Positions 35,101-44,023 of a stretch of DNA of 44,023 nt are shown piece by piece. Location: the NCBI GenBank assembly GCA_001724265.1, contig MEDY01000258.1, positions 1-44,023 of the forward strand. Reading direction: 5' to 3'. The position numbers were made by a program, and so were the translations under genes. The stretch's first letter is position 1, and each line of letters begins with the position of its first letter. The notes under the pieces are model-generated. The model searched no databases. It was given only the letters and a program-made list of their open reading frames with translations, and was not told where the DNA came from. The DNA is from Rhizaria sp. SCN 62-66. Its lineage: Eukaryota.

Positions 35101-36937
35101 CGGCGGGCTGGCCATCCCCGCGGCCGCCGCAGCGGAGCTCAAGGCCGGCGCGGGCGTGTACGGGTCGTTCCTGCACTCGGCCTCGGGCGCTGATTCGCTC
35201 ACCAGCGTCGCCGCCGCCGCCGCAGCCGCTGCTGCTGCCGCCGCTGCCGCTAACAGTAACAGTAACAGCAACGGCGGCGGCGCTGCGGCGCAGACCGCGA
35301 TGAGTGACGCCGCTCCTACCACCGCTGCAGCTGCCGCAGCTGCCGCAGCTGCGATCGCAGGCGCTGTGAGCGGAGTGCCTGCCGTGTCCGGCCTCTCGCT
35401 TCAGCTGCTGTCCCCGCAGCAGCAGGCGCAGACGCAGACGCTACTGGAGCCCGTCAACGTCGCCGGTTCTTTCTGCCCGAGTCTCGACGCCCACGCCCCG
35501 CCCCGTGCGCACGCCCGTCCCTCGCACCTGCTGCTGTGCAACGCGCCCCTCTACGTGCTGTTCCGCCTTTACCACATGCTGTACGAGCGGCTGCTCTTCG
35601 CGCTGGGCGCCGCGCTGCAGGGGCCCGCGCGGCTGGTGGCGAAGCGCAAGATCCCTTCTTCACCGGAGGCGCGTCTGGCGCGCGTGGAGCAGCTGATGCT
35701 GCTCATGGCGGCGGGCGACGTCGAGTCCGGCAAGTTCGAGGACGAGTGCCGGCTCCTGCTCGGCGCGGACTCGTACATGCTCTTCACCGTGGATAAGCTG
35801 GCGCTGCAGCTGGTGAAGCAGATCTCCGCTGTCGTGGCCTCCGAGTCGTCGGTGCTGCTGCTCGCGCTGTATCATTTCCAGCACTTGCGCCGCGCCGCGC
35901 TCCCCTCTACTATGGCCGAGGCGGGGGAGGCTGCGCTGGCGGCGCGCGCGGCGCTGCAGCTGCGTGAGTACCAGCACCGCTGCGCCGCTCTCACGGGCGA
36001 AGACTCGGCCGTCGCCGTCGAGTACTTCACCGACGCGCGCGAGCTCGGCATCGGCTTTGTCGAGATCGTCTCTGCGCCCGTGGGAGCCGCGGTGATGCAG
36101 AAGGCCGCTGCGCACGTCACGGAACTGCTCAAGACGGGCGGCGCCACGCGCGGCGCGTTTGCGCTCGTGCGTTCCGGTCTTAAGACGCGCGTCGGCTCCA
36201 ACAGCAACAGCAACAGCAACAGCAACAACGGCAGCGGCAGTAGCAGTGTCAGCGGTGAGAGTAGCAGCGACTCCGCTGACGCCGCCGCGAGCGCTAACGC
36301 CGAGGACGAGACCGCTGGCACTGGTGTTGAGAGCGAGGCCGAGCTCGCCGCGCTCCTGGCCGACTCGGCCGCGACGGCGTACAGTGAGTACACGACCCCC
36401 GTGTTCCTGCGGCGCAACGTCATCGCGACTCTGGCGGCGCTGCTGGCGCCGCCGCACCCGCGTGGCAGCCGGCCTGACGCCGCCGCGCGCGGCCTGGTAC
36501 CCTACGACGTCATGGCGGACTGTGTCGTCGCCGCCGGGCTCCGCAGCGAGGTCTGCGAACGCACGCTCACGATGCACTTGGTCCCGCTGACGGCGGATCT
36601 GTTCGTCCGCACGCGCAGGCTGCCCTCGCTGCCCCCGCTTGCGCCGTACAACGCCAGCAACAACGCCAGCGCTAATCGCAGCGCCAGTGGAAAGCGTGTT
36701 CAGCAGGTCAAGGGGAGTAAGAAGATGGCGCGCGTGGTGGCCGCTCTGTTCGCTATTGCACACAGGGCGCCGCGCCCCGACGCTTCTGTCTCGGCCACAA
36801 ACAGCAACAACAGCGCAAATGTTAACGCGAGCGCTAGCGGTGCTGCTGCTGAGGCAAGCGGCGAGGCGACTGTGTCGGCTGAAAGCGCGCCTGCGAGCGC
36901 GCCTGCGTGCGCGTCTGCGATGACTGATGACGCGTGA
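30703..36937 (+). CDS. SIN3: SIN3 paired amphipathic helix corepressor, join(30703..30848,31103..31724,31943..36937), ~1,920 aa
   Basis: PAH1 (YLEKVR.HF.DRPELFNAFIDIM...LFSGFPDLIHEFNRFLP), PAH2 (NYLLRIRERF...Y.EFL.IL...LFHGHPDLLEQFDYFLP), a degenerate PAH3, the HDAC-interaction domain (SYR.LP...SGR...EVLND...SEDY..F...RKN.YEE.LF.CEDERYELD, SLDHRS..FKQ.DK) and the C-terminal domain (YVLFRLYHMLYERL, FEDECR.LLG..SY.LFTVDKL). Ends in TGA. Confidence 0.93.
30849..31102 (+). other. SIN3 intron 1 (254 nt)
   Basis: AAC|GTACGT...CTGCTCAG|C. Splicing restores PAH1. Confidence 0.85.
31725..31942 (+). other. SIN3 intron 2 (218 nt)
   Basis: CAG|GTACGC...AACGCAG|GGT. The phase-0 join is in frame with ORF 31997..36937. 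Confidence 0.85.
31731..31766 (+). repeat. 10-bp tandem repeat (CACCCACTTA)x3 plus a partial copy CACTTA in SIN3 intron 2
   Basis: Read directly at 31731-31760, followed by CACTTA. Confidence 0.9.
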
Positions 36938-38064
36938 AGAAGTCGAAGTTTGGTTTTGATTTAGGCAAAAAGATATAGAGATCGGCAGTTACATGCCCTA
37001 GTGTTTGATTGACTTGCACCGTCAGTGGTGTGTCTTTTTCACAAAGTATGCCACTTTAGTTTTGTTGTTTTGTAGGTTTTTGAATGGTTTAACTCGCTCT
37101 GGAACTTAAGTGAGCAAGTTTGCAGAAGATGCGTGCTTGTAACGCGAGCCAGATTTGATATGAAGTGGCATTACATGTTTATAATAATACACTATGGTAT
37201 TTTTTAATCAAAATCAATGTCGTTAAATGTAATGTTTTCACAAAAGAGTTTTTATTAGAGAGAAAACGAACTATTGTTGGCTGGATCATCCTGTGATATT
37301 TTAGCCTGGTAGGTAAAATGCGTACGTGTACGACTGAGAAACATAAGGTGAAAAATAAAAACAATATGTACAACATACAAATAACCGAGATAACTAAACT
37401 ACACATATAAAATAACTCCGTAGGCCAATTACGTATATATCGTTGAAACATATAAGAGTGGAGGTGCGACGTTGCCAAAGATTTTAGATCTGCCAATAGT
37501 ACACGTCAGAAAGTGACTATTGATGACGACTACTAAGATCAATACAGCAAAACAAGAGCTCTTAAGGAACATTGCGGGAGACAGGGGCGTCAACTGCCGC
37601 TAGAACAGCGGTGTAATTCAGTAACACCACACACGCACGTCACACATGCGGCTGGATTCGCGCACTGCAACTTCTGCAGTGGGCACTCACACTTATGTTA
37701 TAAATCAAAATCAAAACAGGCACCAAATAAAGATGCTTTTCTAAGCATACTAGAACGTCTAAGTAGTGATTTTAGCGGGCGCTGATCTAGGAAAGGGAAC
37801 ATGGTGAACATAATATTGACGCAAGTCTCAAATGAACATTGTGACAGACAGTGATAAAACAAACAAAGAATCAACGACGGCAAGCAACACTGACCAAATC
37901 AAAAGCATTGCACTTCATTTAAGCGCGATTCTAGTACGCCTGAACCATCAACAAAAATAAATGTGCAGATATCGTGCCTTAAAAAAGCATCATACACTAT
38001 CATGCCTACTTGACGAGTGACAAATTGAAAAACAGTGAACTAACTGCCAAATAAGCAGCGTAAC

Positions 38065-41000
38065 TTAGAATGACATTGATTCAAAAGTTTCAACAGGTGT
38101 GAGATCAATGTCGATCTTATCGCGAGCAACTCTTGCCTGCGCTTGTACGTACCGCTTTGCATCAGCAATGGCGGCCGCAGCAACCTCGTCCGCAGACAGC
38201 GTGGCGGACCAGGCACTTGTGTGCCCCGTTGTCGTAATATCACGGCCTTGCTCAAGCATTAGCGCAAACTGCGCACCGCGCTGCGCGTCAGTCATAACCG
38301 TTGCAGCATCATTTCTCGCCGCGGCATTACTTTCGCCGTTGCCAGCAGTGCCGGGCCTTGTGAGATTACTCTGGACCGCGGCCGCCGTGGTCTCTGCGCG
38401 CGCGTCGTCCTGCAGCGCTTTCATTAAGACCGCGTTAGACTGCAGCTTGCCTCTGCCGCCCGCAGAAAGCGTAAACACGGATGCCGCATCAACCATGGCT
38501 ACAACGGATGTGTGCTCGTTCTCAGCGTTGGCGGAGTCGGACTTGGCGTTACGGGCTTTGTGCTCGCGCGCCATCTCGATGCGCCAGGCGCGCACGACGG
38601 GGCCGCTCTCTTGGCCCTGCGCGTGCGCCTCACGAAGCGCGTTGCGCAGCGGCGTCAGCTGGGCTTCTTCCTTGGACAGCATCAGGAAGGCGACGACGAC
38701 GATGGCGATGAACATCACCACGAGCATGCAAATGAGTACTGTCACTACAATCTGTGCAGTATCGCCAACTGTACTGACAAAGAGGAAATTCGCAAGGAAA
38801 AAAACCATGAAGGATGTGAAAAGCGAGAAGAGCTCAACAAATTCAGGGATCTTATTCTCGAACGGTTTAGCCACAATCTGTGCAAGAATACACAGGAAGA
38901 TTAGCAATGAGGCAAGCATGAGCTGGGTGTGCAGCGCGCCGGGGAAGAAGACGGAGATGGCAACGAGAATGACTTTGCGGGCCATCTCCATAAGGAACCA
39001 GTAGTAACGCGTAGGCTTGTAGCCGCGGTACAGAAAGGCCATCTGTGACTCAAACACCTTCTTCTGGTTACGCATCGTTGCAGACGCGCCTTGTGCCGGC
39101 ATCATAACGAGGTCACGATTGCGATACAGAACAAACCAGGCAAAAAAGGGAATACCAAGCACCCAGAGAATAAGCATTGGCATGCCAAGCGCGACAATGA
39201 AGAAAATGTGTTGGGAAGAGTAGCAGGGCTCGAGCATTTCACCGAGGACAACACTGGCTGATGGATCAACAGTGCCGCCAACGTTCTTGCAGGACAAGAC
39301 AGTGAAGAATTGGCGAGTTACGTTCGGGTGAATCATAAACATAACAACGGTGATTGTAGTGATGACGTAGCCGGCAAACTCGGACAGGATTTGATTGTAC
39401 AGCGACTCAGCGACGCTGACACGAACGCGCATCTCGGCCGCGGTCAGCTTCGGTGGTTCAGCCTTGAGGCGCTTGGCGCGCTCCTTCTCAAAGAGAACCT
39501 TACCGCTCTTTTCGCCATAGTTCTGCACATACCAGGAGGACTGCGCGTCAGCGCGCACGCGCTGAAAAGCACGTTCGCGCCGCAACACGCGCTCACGCAG
39601 AAGCTCGGCGTCGTAAAGCGTGTCGAATGGCAGCCGTGAAAGGAGACGCATGTTCTCTAGATCCTGTTCGCTCTGGACAACCTTAGAAAAGTCCTCGGTT
39701 GTGACTGCATTGGCTTCGTCACGAGAGCGCTTGTTAACGTCAAAAGTGTCGATGGCCTGAATAATGGCACCATACATTTCCACCTCACGCGCTGTGCGAT
39801 TAAAGATGGATTCACGGCTCTCGTTTGTATGCATGAGTGCATTCGCGAGCGCCGCCTCGCTAACGTTGGCGTCGCTGATAATATCACGCTGGAGCACAAA
39901 CGCTGTGTCGTCAATCGCCTGTCCATCAAGCTCTGCGCCAGCTCCAGAGAGTGCGGTATCCGCCTTGCCAGCAACAAAATCGTCCGATTCCCAAAGCGCA
40001 GCGGCATCAACAACAGTCTCTTCGACTAAGGTTTCACGCGCAGCAACAACGGCAGCAAGCTTAAGTGACTTCGCAGCTTTCTTTGCAGCTGCCGAGTCAC
40101 CCACGGCATCGATCGCATTTTCAGCCGCGGCATTTATACTGGCAGCTTCCTCATCAGAGTCACTGTCAACAAGACCGTTCAACTCAAATGTCAAGTGCAA
40201 AGACTCCGCGTCACCCGGGTCAGACGCAGAATCAGACGCAGTGCTTGCGCCGCTATTGTGAGCCGTCATAGCATAGTCAGGAGTACCATTTTTACCGTCG
40301 CATTCGGGGCCGTTCATCATTGCTGGTGAGCCAAGACTAAATGAATGCCGCGCTGATGCACCAAATCTATATGCTTTCATTGCAGGCGAGGGTGCTGCAG
40401 AACGTGCAAGTGCCGTGTCATTATTTGCGGTTCTAGCAGTAGGTGCGATGATACGGCTCACTTCCAGGGGCGCAGGGTCAGGGCTTTTGACCGAGTTGCG
40501 CGCGTGGTCAGCAAGTTTTTGCCTCATCACATCAGCTTTAATGCTGCGACGCTGCGTCGGTGTACTTGCGCCAGGTCGCGGCTGTGCGTCATTCAAACTA
40601 AAGAACGCGTTTTCTGACTGGAGCTGCATAGGGAATGTCGCGATCGTGCTCAGCTCATGCATGCTAAGGATGTGACGGGAGTTGGCCGAGTCAAACACGG
40701 GCGAGTCTGCTCCATCAGGCGGGGTAATTTGGCGGACCTTCGGAAACTGCGGCGGAATAAACGTTGATGTACGTTTTATCTGGCCAACACTCGTGTTGGT
40801 GTCAGAGTTTAACACGTCGTTGCTAAACAAAGTCCGCTTTAGATGCGGTGCTGCAGGCATTGGCGGTTGCTCTGGCGGTGCAAGCGGGCCTGGCTCAATG
40901 GTATCATTAGTCACTCGGTTAGCTTCCAGCGTAGCCTGAAGATACTGATCACTATCTGTGCGTTGCTTGCGTAACTTGGGTACGCGACGTTGCCGACGTG

Positions 41001-44000
41001 TGCCCTGGGTCTTACGTGCGTGCTCAAGCTCTAGTTGCGCACTTTGCTTGATATCAAGGTCAATACCGGCATGAACGTCACTTTCAATGCCATGCGTATT
41101 CTCAATCATGCGCTCCGCTAAAACGCCACCATCATCTTCGTCGTTCACGTCATCCCAGATTCCGATCTTAAGCGCCTGTTCATCATGGACACGCTGCGTA
41201 GCGCGGTCCTGCACTGCACTTAGTTTGTCGCGGCGACGGCGGAAGTCCTCGTACTCGGTCACAATCTCAACCATAAGCCGGCGCTGCTCTGCAACCTCCG
41301 CGAGCACAAGTTTTTTGTAGCCACGCTTCACGGCAAAGTAGCGCGGAGCAAAGAACATTAAGGGCAAAATAATGCCGAACATTGGAAGCGCCATGATTCC
41401 GATCGAGGTAACCCAGAATGGTTTAACCGATGGATTATTGCCGAGGAAACAGTCCAGCGACAGCATTGCGGTACCAACACCAGCAGCGGTATCCGCACCG
41501 CTAAACAAGCCGTTAAGGAAACCAGGCCACTTAAGGTCATAGCGCGACGCAATAGACATAACCTGGAGGCCAGCCATGGCAACCTTAAAGAGCAGCGGCA
41601 CTGCTGGCGCGGGTAACTCATTCATGGACTGCTTACCGTCCATGATCTGTTTCCAAGCAAGAATACCACAGCCGATAATTGCAGCTAAACCACTTGCGAC
41701 GAGGATAAAGTATGCCAAAGCAGGATCATTACAACGCCCACATTTAAACACTGAGTCTTTGCCGTATCCAGGGAGACAGACAGAGCAGAGTGGGCCCGTG
41801 TGACCTTCGGCGCATTGGCTGCCAGGCTGGCACGTGTTGCTAAGACAGTACTCGAAAGACGTGATTGCATGACGGCTGTAACTTCTCTCAACAGTGGGGT
41901 CGCTAACATATCCAAGCTCAGAGCTAAGCACCGCGTTGGAAGCGTCGAGGTGAGCAACAGCAGCTGCGGCAAGGCTATCTGCAGTCTCTTCACCATCATG
42001 CTCTTGAGGTACAACATCAACGGTGACTGCGTAGACCGACACAAGATTGCCTGTCGACATGGTCATCAGAACGGAAGTTGAATGCACTGTGCTATTGGTT
42101 GCAGCAGCCGTGCTCTGAAGCTCAATTGACACAAACACAAAGCGGCCACGCGGACGGTCAGTATCGTCAAAGAGTGCCTTTACGGCAAGAGCCTGTGCAT
42201 TGCGACGAACATCATCTGTAGAAACATTGGCGCTTACACGCACAGGGAATGAAAAGCGGACAACGCTCGTGAGGTTCTTAAGCGCGACTGACGGTGAATA
42301 GTAGTCAAGCGACATGACATTGTAGACTGTAGTACCAGCCTGCTGGCAGTCGCCACCAAGCATGCATGTCTGGCAAACACCGTGGGCGTCCTTGTATGAA
42401 CCTGCCTTGCACTGGCAATACGAGTAATCACTGGTGTGCTCTGCGCCGAGAGGGCACGCCTCGCACTGGGCACTGCCTTCATTAGCCGCGTACGTGCCGG
42501 GGGCACACTGCATGCACGACTCAGCGCGCTCTTGCGCGAACGTGCCACGCGGGCAGCGCACACACATCTGATAGCCAAGACTGGAGTATGTACCTGTAGA
42601 GCAAGGACTGCAGTTGGCAGCGCCGGTAGTGTTGGAGTAGTAGCCAGGCTGGCACTGACGGCAGAGAGCCTGCGACCAAAGATCGTTGTAGTATCCCGGC
42701 TCGCACGCCACGCAGCGGTAGTCGTCGTTGCGTTGACCCGGCGGGCACTGTACATACGAGAGCAGAATAGTTTCGCGCGAGATGTCGCCATAGCGCTGCA
42801 ACAATGTGACGCCACGGTCGACGGATGAGTCTGCCGGCGTTGTGCAGAGGACCTCGCGATGAGGATCTGTTGCCGTATGAGTAACATTTGTGCATGTTAA
42901 GCCACCAATCGAAATCGAAGCACCAGATGCACCAAAATTTGTACCCCGAAGCATGATGCGGTTACCACCAAGACGATTACACTCATTGATTACTGTCGTC
43001 GAGATCTGTTGGCAGCCGCGAATCTCTGCGATCTCAGGGATTGCATACGTGACGCGGTCACGTGACTCTGTGCGCTGCGAGCCGGCCTTGACAATGAGCG
43101 CTAAGCTAGAGCCAGAGCCTATCGGTAGCTTGCACGTTAACAACTCGTTGGTGATCTTTTCAATCGAAGTACACTGACGCCCGCTGACCATAACAGAGAG
43201 AGGCTCAAGGAAGCCGGTGCCTGTAATCGTGAGCCGCACGTCGCCACCGTCAGTTGGGCAGCTTCCTGTTTTGCCGAGTGCGATGTCGTCAACAGGGCAG
43301 CCGTAAACAGACTCAACTGTGGGAACTTGTGGGTACGAGTACCGATCGGTTGAGTAGACACTGCGGCCCGCGATGGTAAGCTTGAAGAACAAGTCGACAA
43401 GGTTGACATTGTCCTGAGTGCGACAAGCCAGGATATTTGGAGTGCTTTGATACATTGAAAGCTCGGAGTTAAACACGCATTCAAACGGAAAGTCTGTAGC
43501 TGAAGATGCCAGTCCGTAACGGATTGTGAGGATTTCCTTGCGTTCTAGGTACAAGTTCGGGATCTCAAAGCCAATGTCCTCACCGAGAGTCGTCATACTG
43601 ACGTAATTGTTGGTGCGTTGGCCAGGGCCCGCGGCTGTAATGGTATGTAAAGACAAAGGCATAAAGTAGTGCATTGGGTAGCTAATGCGTACGCGGCTGT
43701 TTTCTCCGATATGCGCCAAGTCATTCGGCGCCTCTGTACCGGCCCAGTTCCAATTCCAGGTTGAACAATCAATGTCAGCGGTAAGGTTGGTCGCACTGTT
43801 GCGTTGAACGCAGAACTGCATGCGGAGGTACAGCTCGCCACCCTGGCCTGCACTTAGCGTGCACGCCACCTTGATAAATGAGTTTGCGCCCGGTGTAGCG
43901 TTGATGCTAGAGTCGGGAACCAGGGTCACAACAGGATTCGCGCACTCGTACGTCAACAGCTCAGGATTACTAAACAGGTTTTGATCCGGGTTCGTGTACT

Positions 44001-44023
44001 GCACGCGGGTGATATAAGGTGCG
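38065..44023 (-). CDS. 5'-truncated large cell-surface multipass membrane protein (IPT/TIG domains, Cys-rich ephrin-receptor-like repeats, C-terminal TM bundle), >1,980 aa
   Basis: The frame is open to the window edge. IPT-like units (P.V.SV.GC...GG..LTITGTGF; GG..I.L.GTNFG), C..C.PG.Y repeats, CAEGHTGPLCSVC.PGY preceding hydrophobic helices, FLY.GYK...YYW...EM.RK and further TM segments. Ends in TAA. Confidence 0.8.
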   Translation of the reverse strand, partial: APYITRVQYTNPDQNLFSNPELLTYECANPVVTLVPDSSINATPGANSFIKVACTLSAGQGGELYLRMQFCVQRNSATNLTADIDCSTWNWNWAGTEAPNDLAHIGENSRVRISYPMHYFMPLSLHTITAAGPGQRTNNYVSMTTLGEDIGFEIPNLYLERKEILTIRYGLASSATDFPFECVFNSELSMYQSTPNILACRTQDNVNLVDLFFKLTIAGRSVYSTDRYSYPQVPTVESVYGCPVDDIALGKTGSCPTDGGDVRLTITGTGFLEPLSVMVSGRQCTSIEKITNELLTCKLPIGSGSSLALIVKAGSQRTESRDRVTYAIPEIAEIRGCQQISTTVINECNRLGGNRIMLRGTNFGASGASISIGGLTCTNVTHTATDPHREVLCTTPADSSVDRGVTLLQRYGDISRETILLSYVQCPPGQRNDDYRCVACEPGYYNDLWSQALCRQCQPGYYSNTTGAANCSPCSTGTYSSLGYQMCVRCPRGTFAQERAESCMQCAPGTYAANEGSAQCEACPLGAEHTSDYSYCQCKAGSYKDAHGVCQTCMLGGDCQQAGTTVYNVMSLDYYSPSVALKNLTSVVRFSFPVRVSANVSTDDVRRNAQALAVKALFDDTDRPRGRFVFVSIELQSTAAATNSTVHSTSVLMTMSTGNLVSVYAVTVDVVPQEHDGEETADSLAAAAVAHLDASNAVLSSELGYVSDPTVERSYSRHAITSFEYCLSNTCQPGSQCAEGHTGPLCSVCLPGYGKDSVFKCGRCNDPALAYFILVASGLAAIIGCGILAWKQIMDGKQSMNELPAPAVPLLFKVAMAGLQVMSIASRYDLKWPGFLNGLFSGADTAAGVGTAMLSLDCFLGNNPSVKPFWVTSIGIMALPMFGIILPLMFFAPRYFAVKRGYKKLVLAEVAEQRRLMVEIVTEYEDFRRRRDKLSAVQDRATQRVHDEQALKIGIWDDVNDEDDGGVLAERMIENTHGIESDVHAGIDLDIKQSAQLELEHARKTQGTRRQRRVPKLRKQRTDSDQYLQATLEANRVTNDTIEPGPLAPPEQPPMPAAPHLKRTLFSNDVLNSDTNTSVGQIKRTSTFIPPQFPKVRQITPPDGADSPVFDSANSRHILSMHELSTIATFPMQLQSENAFFSLNDAQPRPGASTPTQRRSIKADVMRQKLADHARNSVKSPDPAPLEVSRIIAPTARTANNDTALARSAAPSPAMKAYRFGASARHSFSLGSPAMMNGPECDGKNGTPDYAMTAHNSGASTASDSASDPGDAESLHLTFELNGLVDSDSDEEAASINAAAENAIDAVGDSAAAKKAAKSLKLAAVVAARETLVEETVVDAAALWESDDFVAGKADTALSGAGAELDGQAIDDTAFVLQRDIISDANVSEAALANALMHTNESRESIFNRTAREVEMYGAIIQAIDTFDVNKRSRDEANAVTTEDFSKVVQSEQDLENMRLLSRLPFDTLYDAELLRERVLRRERAFQRVRADAQSSWYVQNYGEKSGKVLFEKERAKRLKAEPPKLTAAEMRVRVSVAESLYNQILSEFAGYVITTITVVMFMIHPNVTRQFFTVLSCKNVGGTVDPSASVVLGEMLEPCYSSQHIFFIVALGMPMLILWVLGIPFFAWFVLYRNRDLVMMPAQGASATMRNQKKVFESQMAFLYRGYKPTRYYWFLMEMARKVILVAISVFFPGALHTQLMLASLLIFLCILAQIVAKPFENKIPEFVELFSLFTSFMVFFLANFLFVSTVGDTAQIVVTVLICMLVVMFIAIVVVAFLMLSKEEAQLTPLRNALREAHAQGQESGPVVRAWRIEMAREHKARNAKSDSANAENEHTSVVAMVDAASVFTLSAGGRGKLQSNAVLMKALQDDARAETTAAAVQSNLTRPGTAGNGESNAAARNDAATVMTDAQRGAQFALMLEQGRDITTTGHTSAWSATLSADEVAAAAIADAKRYVQAQARVARDKIDIDLTPVETFESMSF

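Noticed and set aside
36938-38064. Short ORFs and a CACTGCA/TGCAGTG hairpin in the SIN3 to membrane-gene spacer
   Set aside because: This is AT-rich convergent 3' intergenic DNA. The ORFs have no coding-like composition, and a 7-bp stem is not enough to call an ncRNA or mobile element.

Overview
This is eukaryotic (protist-like) nuclear DNA with GC-rich exons, AT-rich introns and spacers, and proteins heavily expanded by poly-Ala/Gln/Asn/Ser tracts. Seven protein genes can be built: a C2H2 zinc-finger protein, a ~4,800-codon PTPDC1-like phosphatase, PRP17/CDC40, EFG1, an LRR protein, SIN3 and a 5'-truncated IPT/Cys-rich multipass membrane protein. Two tandem tRNA-Ala genes (CGC, AGC) are also present. 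Two observations stand out. (1) The otherwise intact phosphatase gene has two in-frame TAG codons, one at a conserved position of the catalytic domain, while all seven genes end in TGA or TAA. This suggests UAG reassignment, readthrough or editing, though a sequencing error or nonsense allele is not excluded. (2) A DNA-level motif, [G/C]TAAG with its reverse complement CTTA[C/G], is written densely into coding exons on both strands and in different frames. It often forms inverted pairs 10-11 bp apart or direct copies 21 bp apart, and also appears as a 10-bp tandem repeat in an intron. Family assignments come from motif recognition, not database searches.
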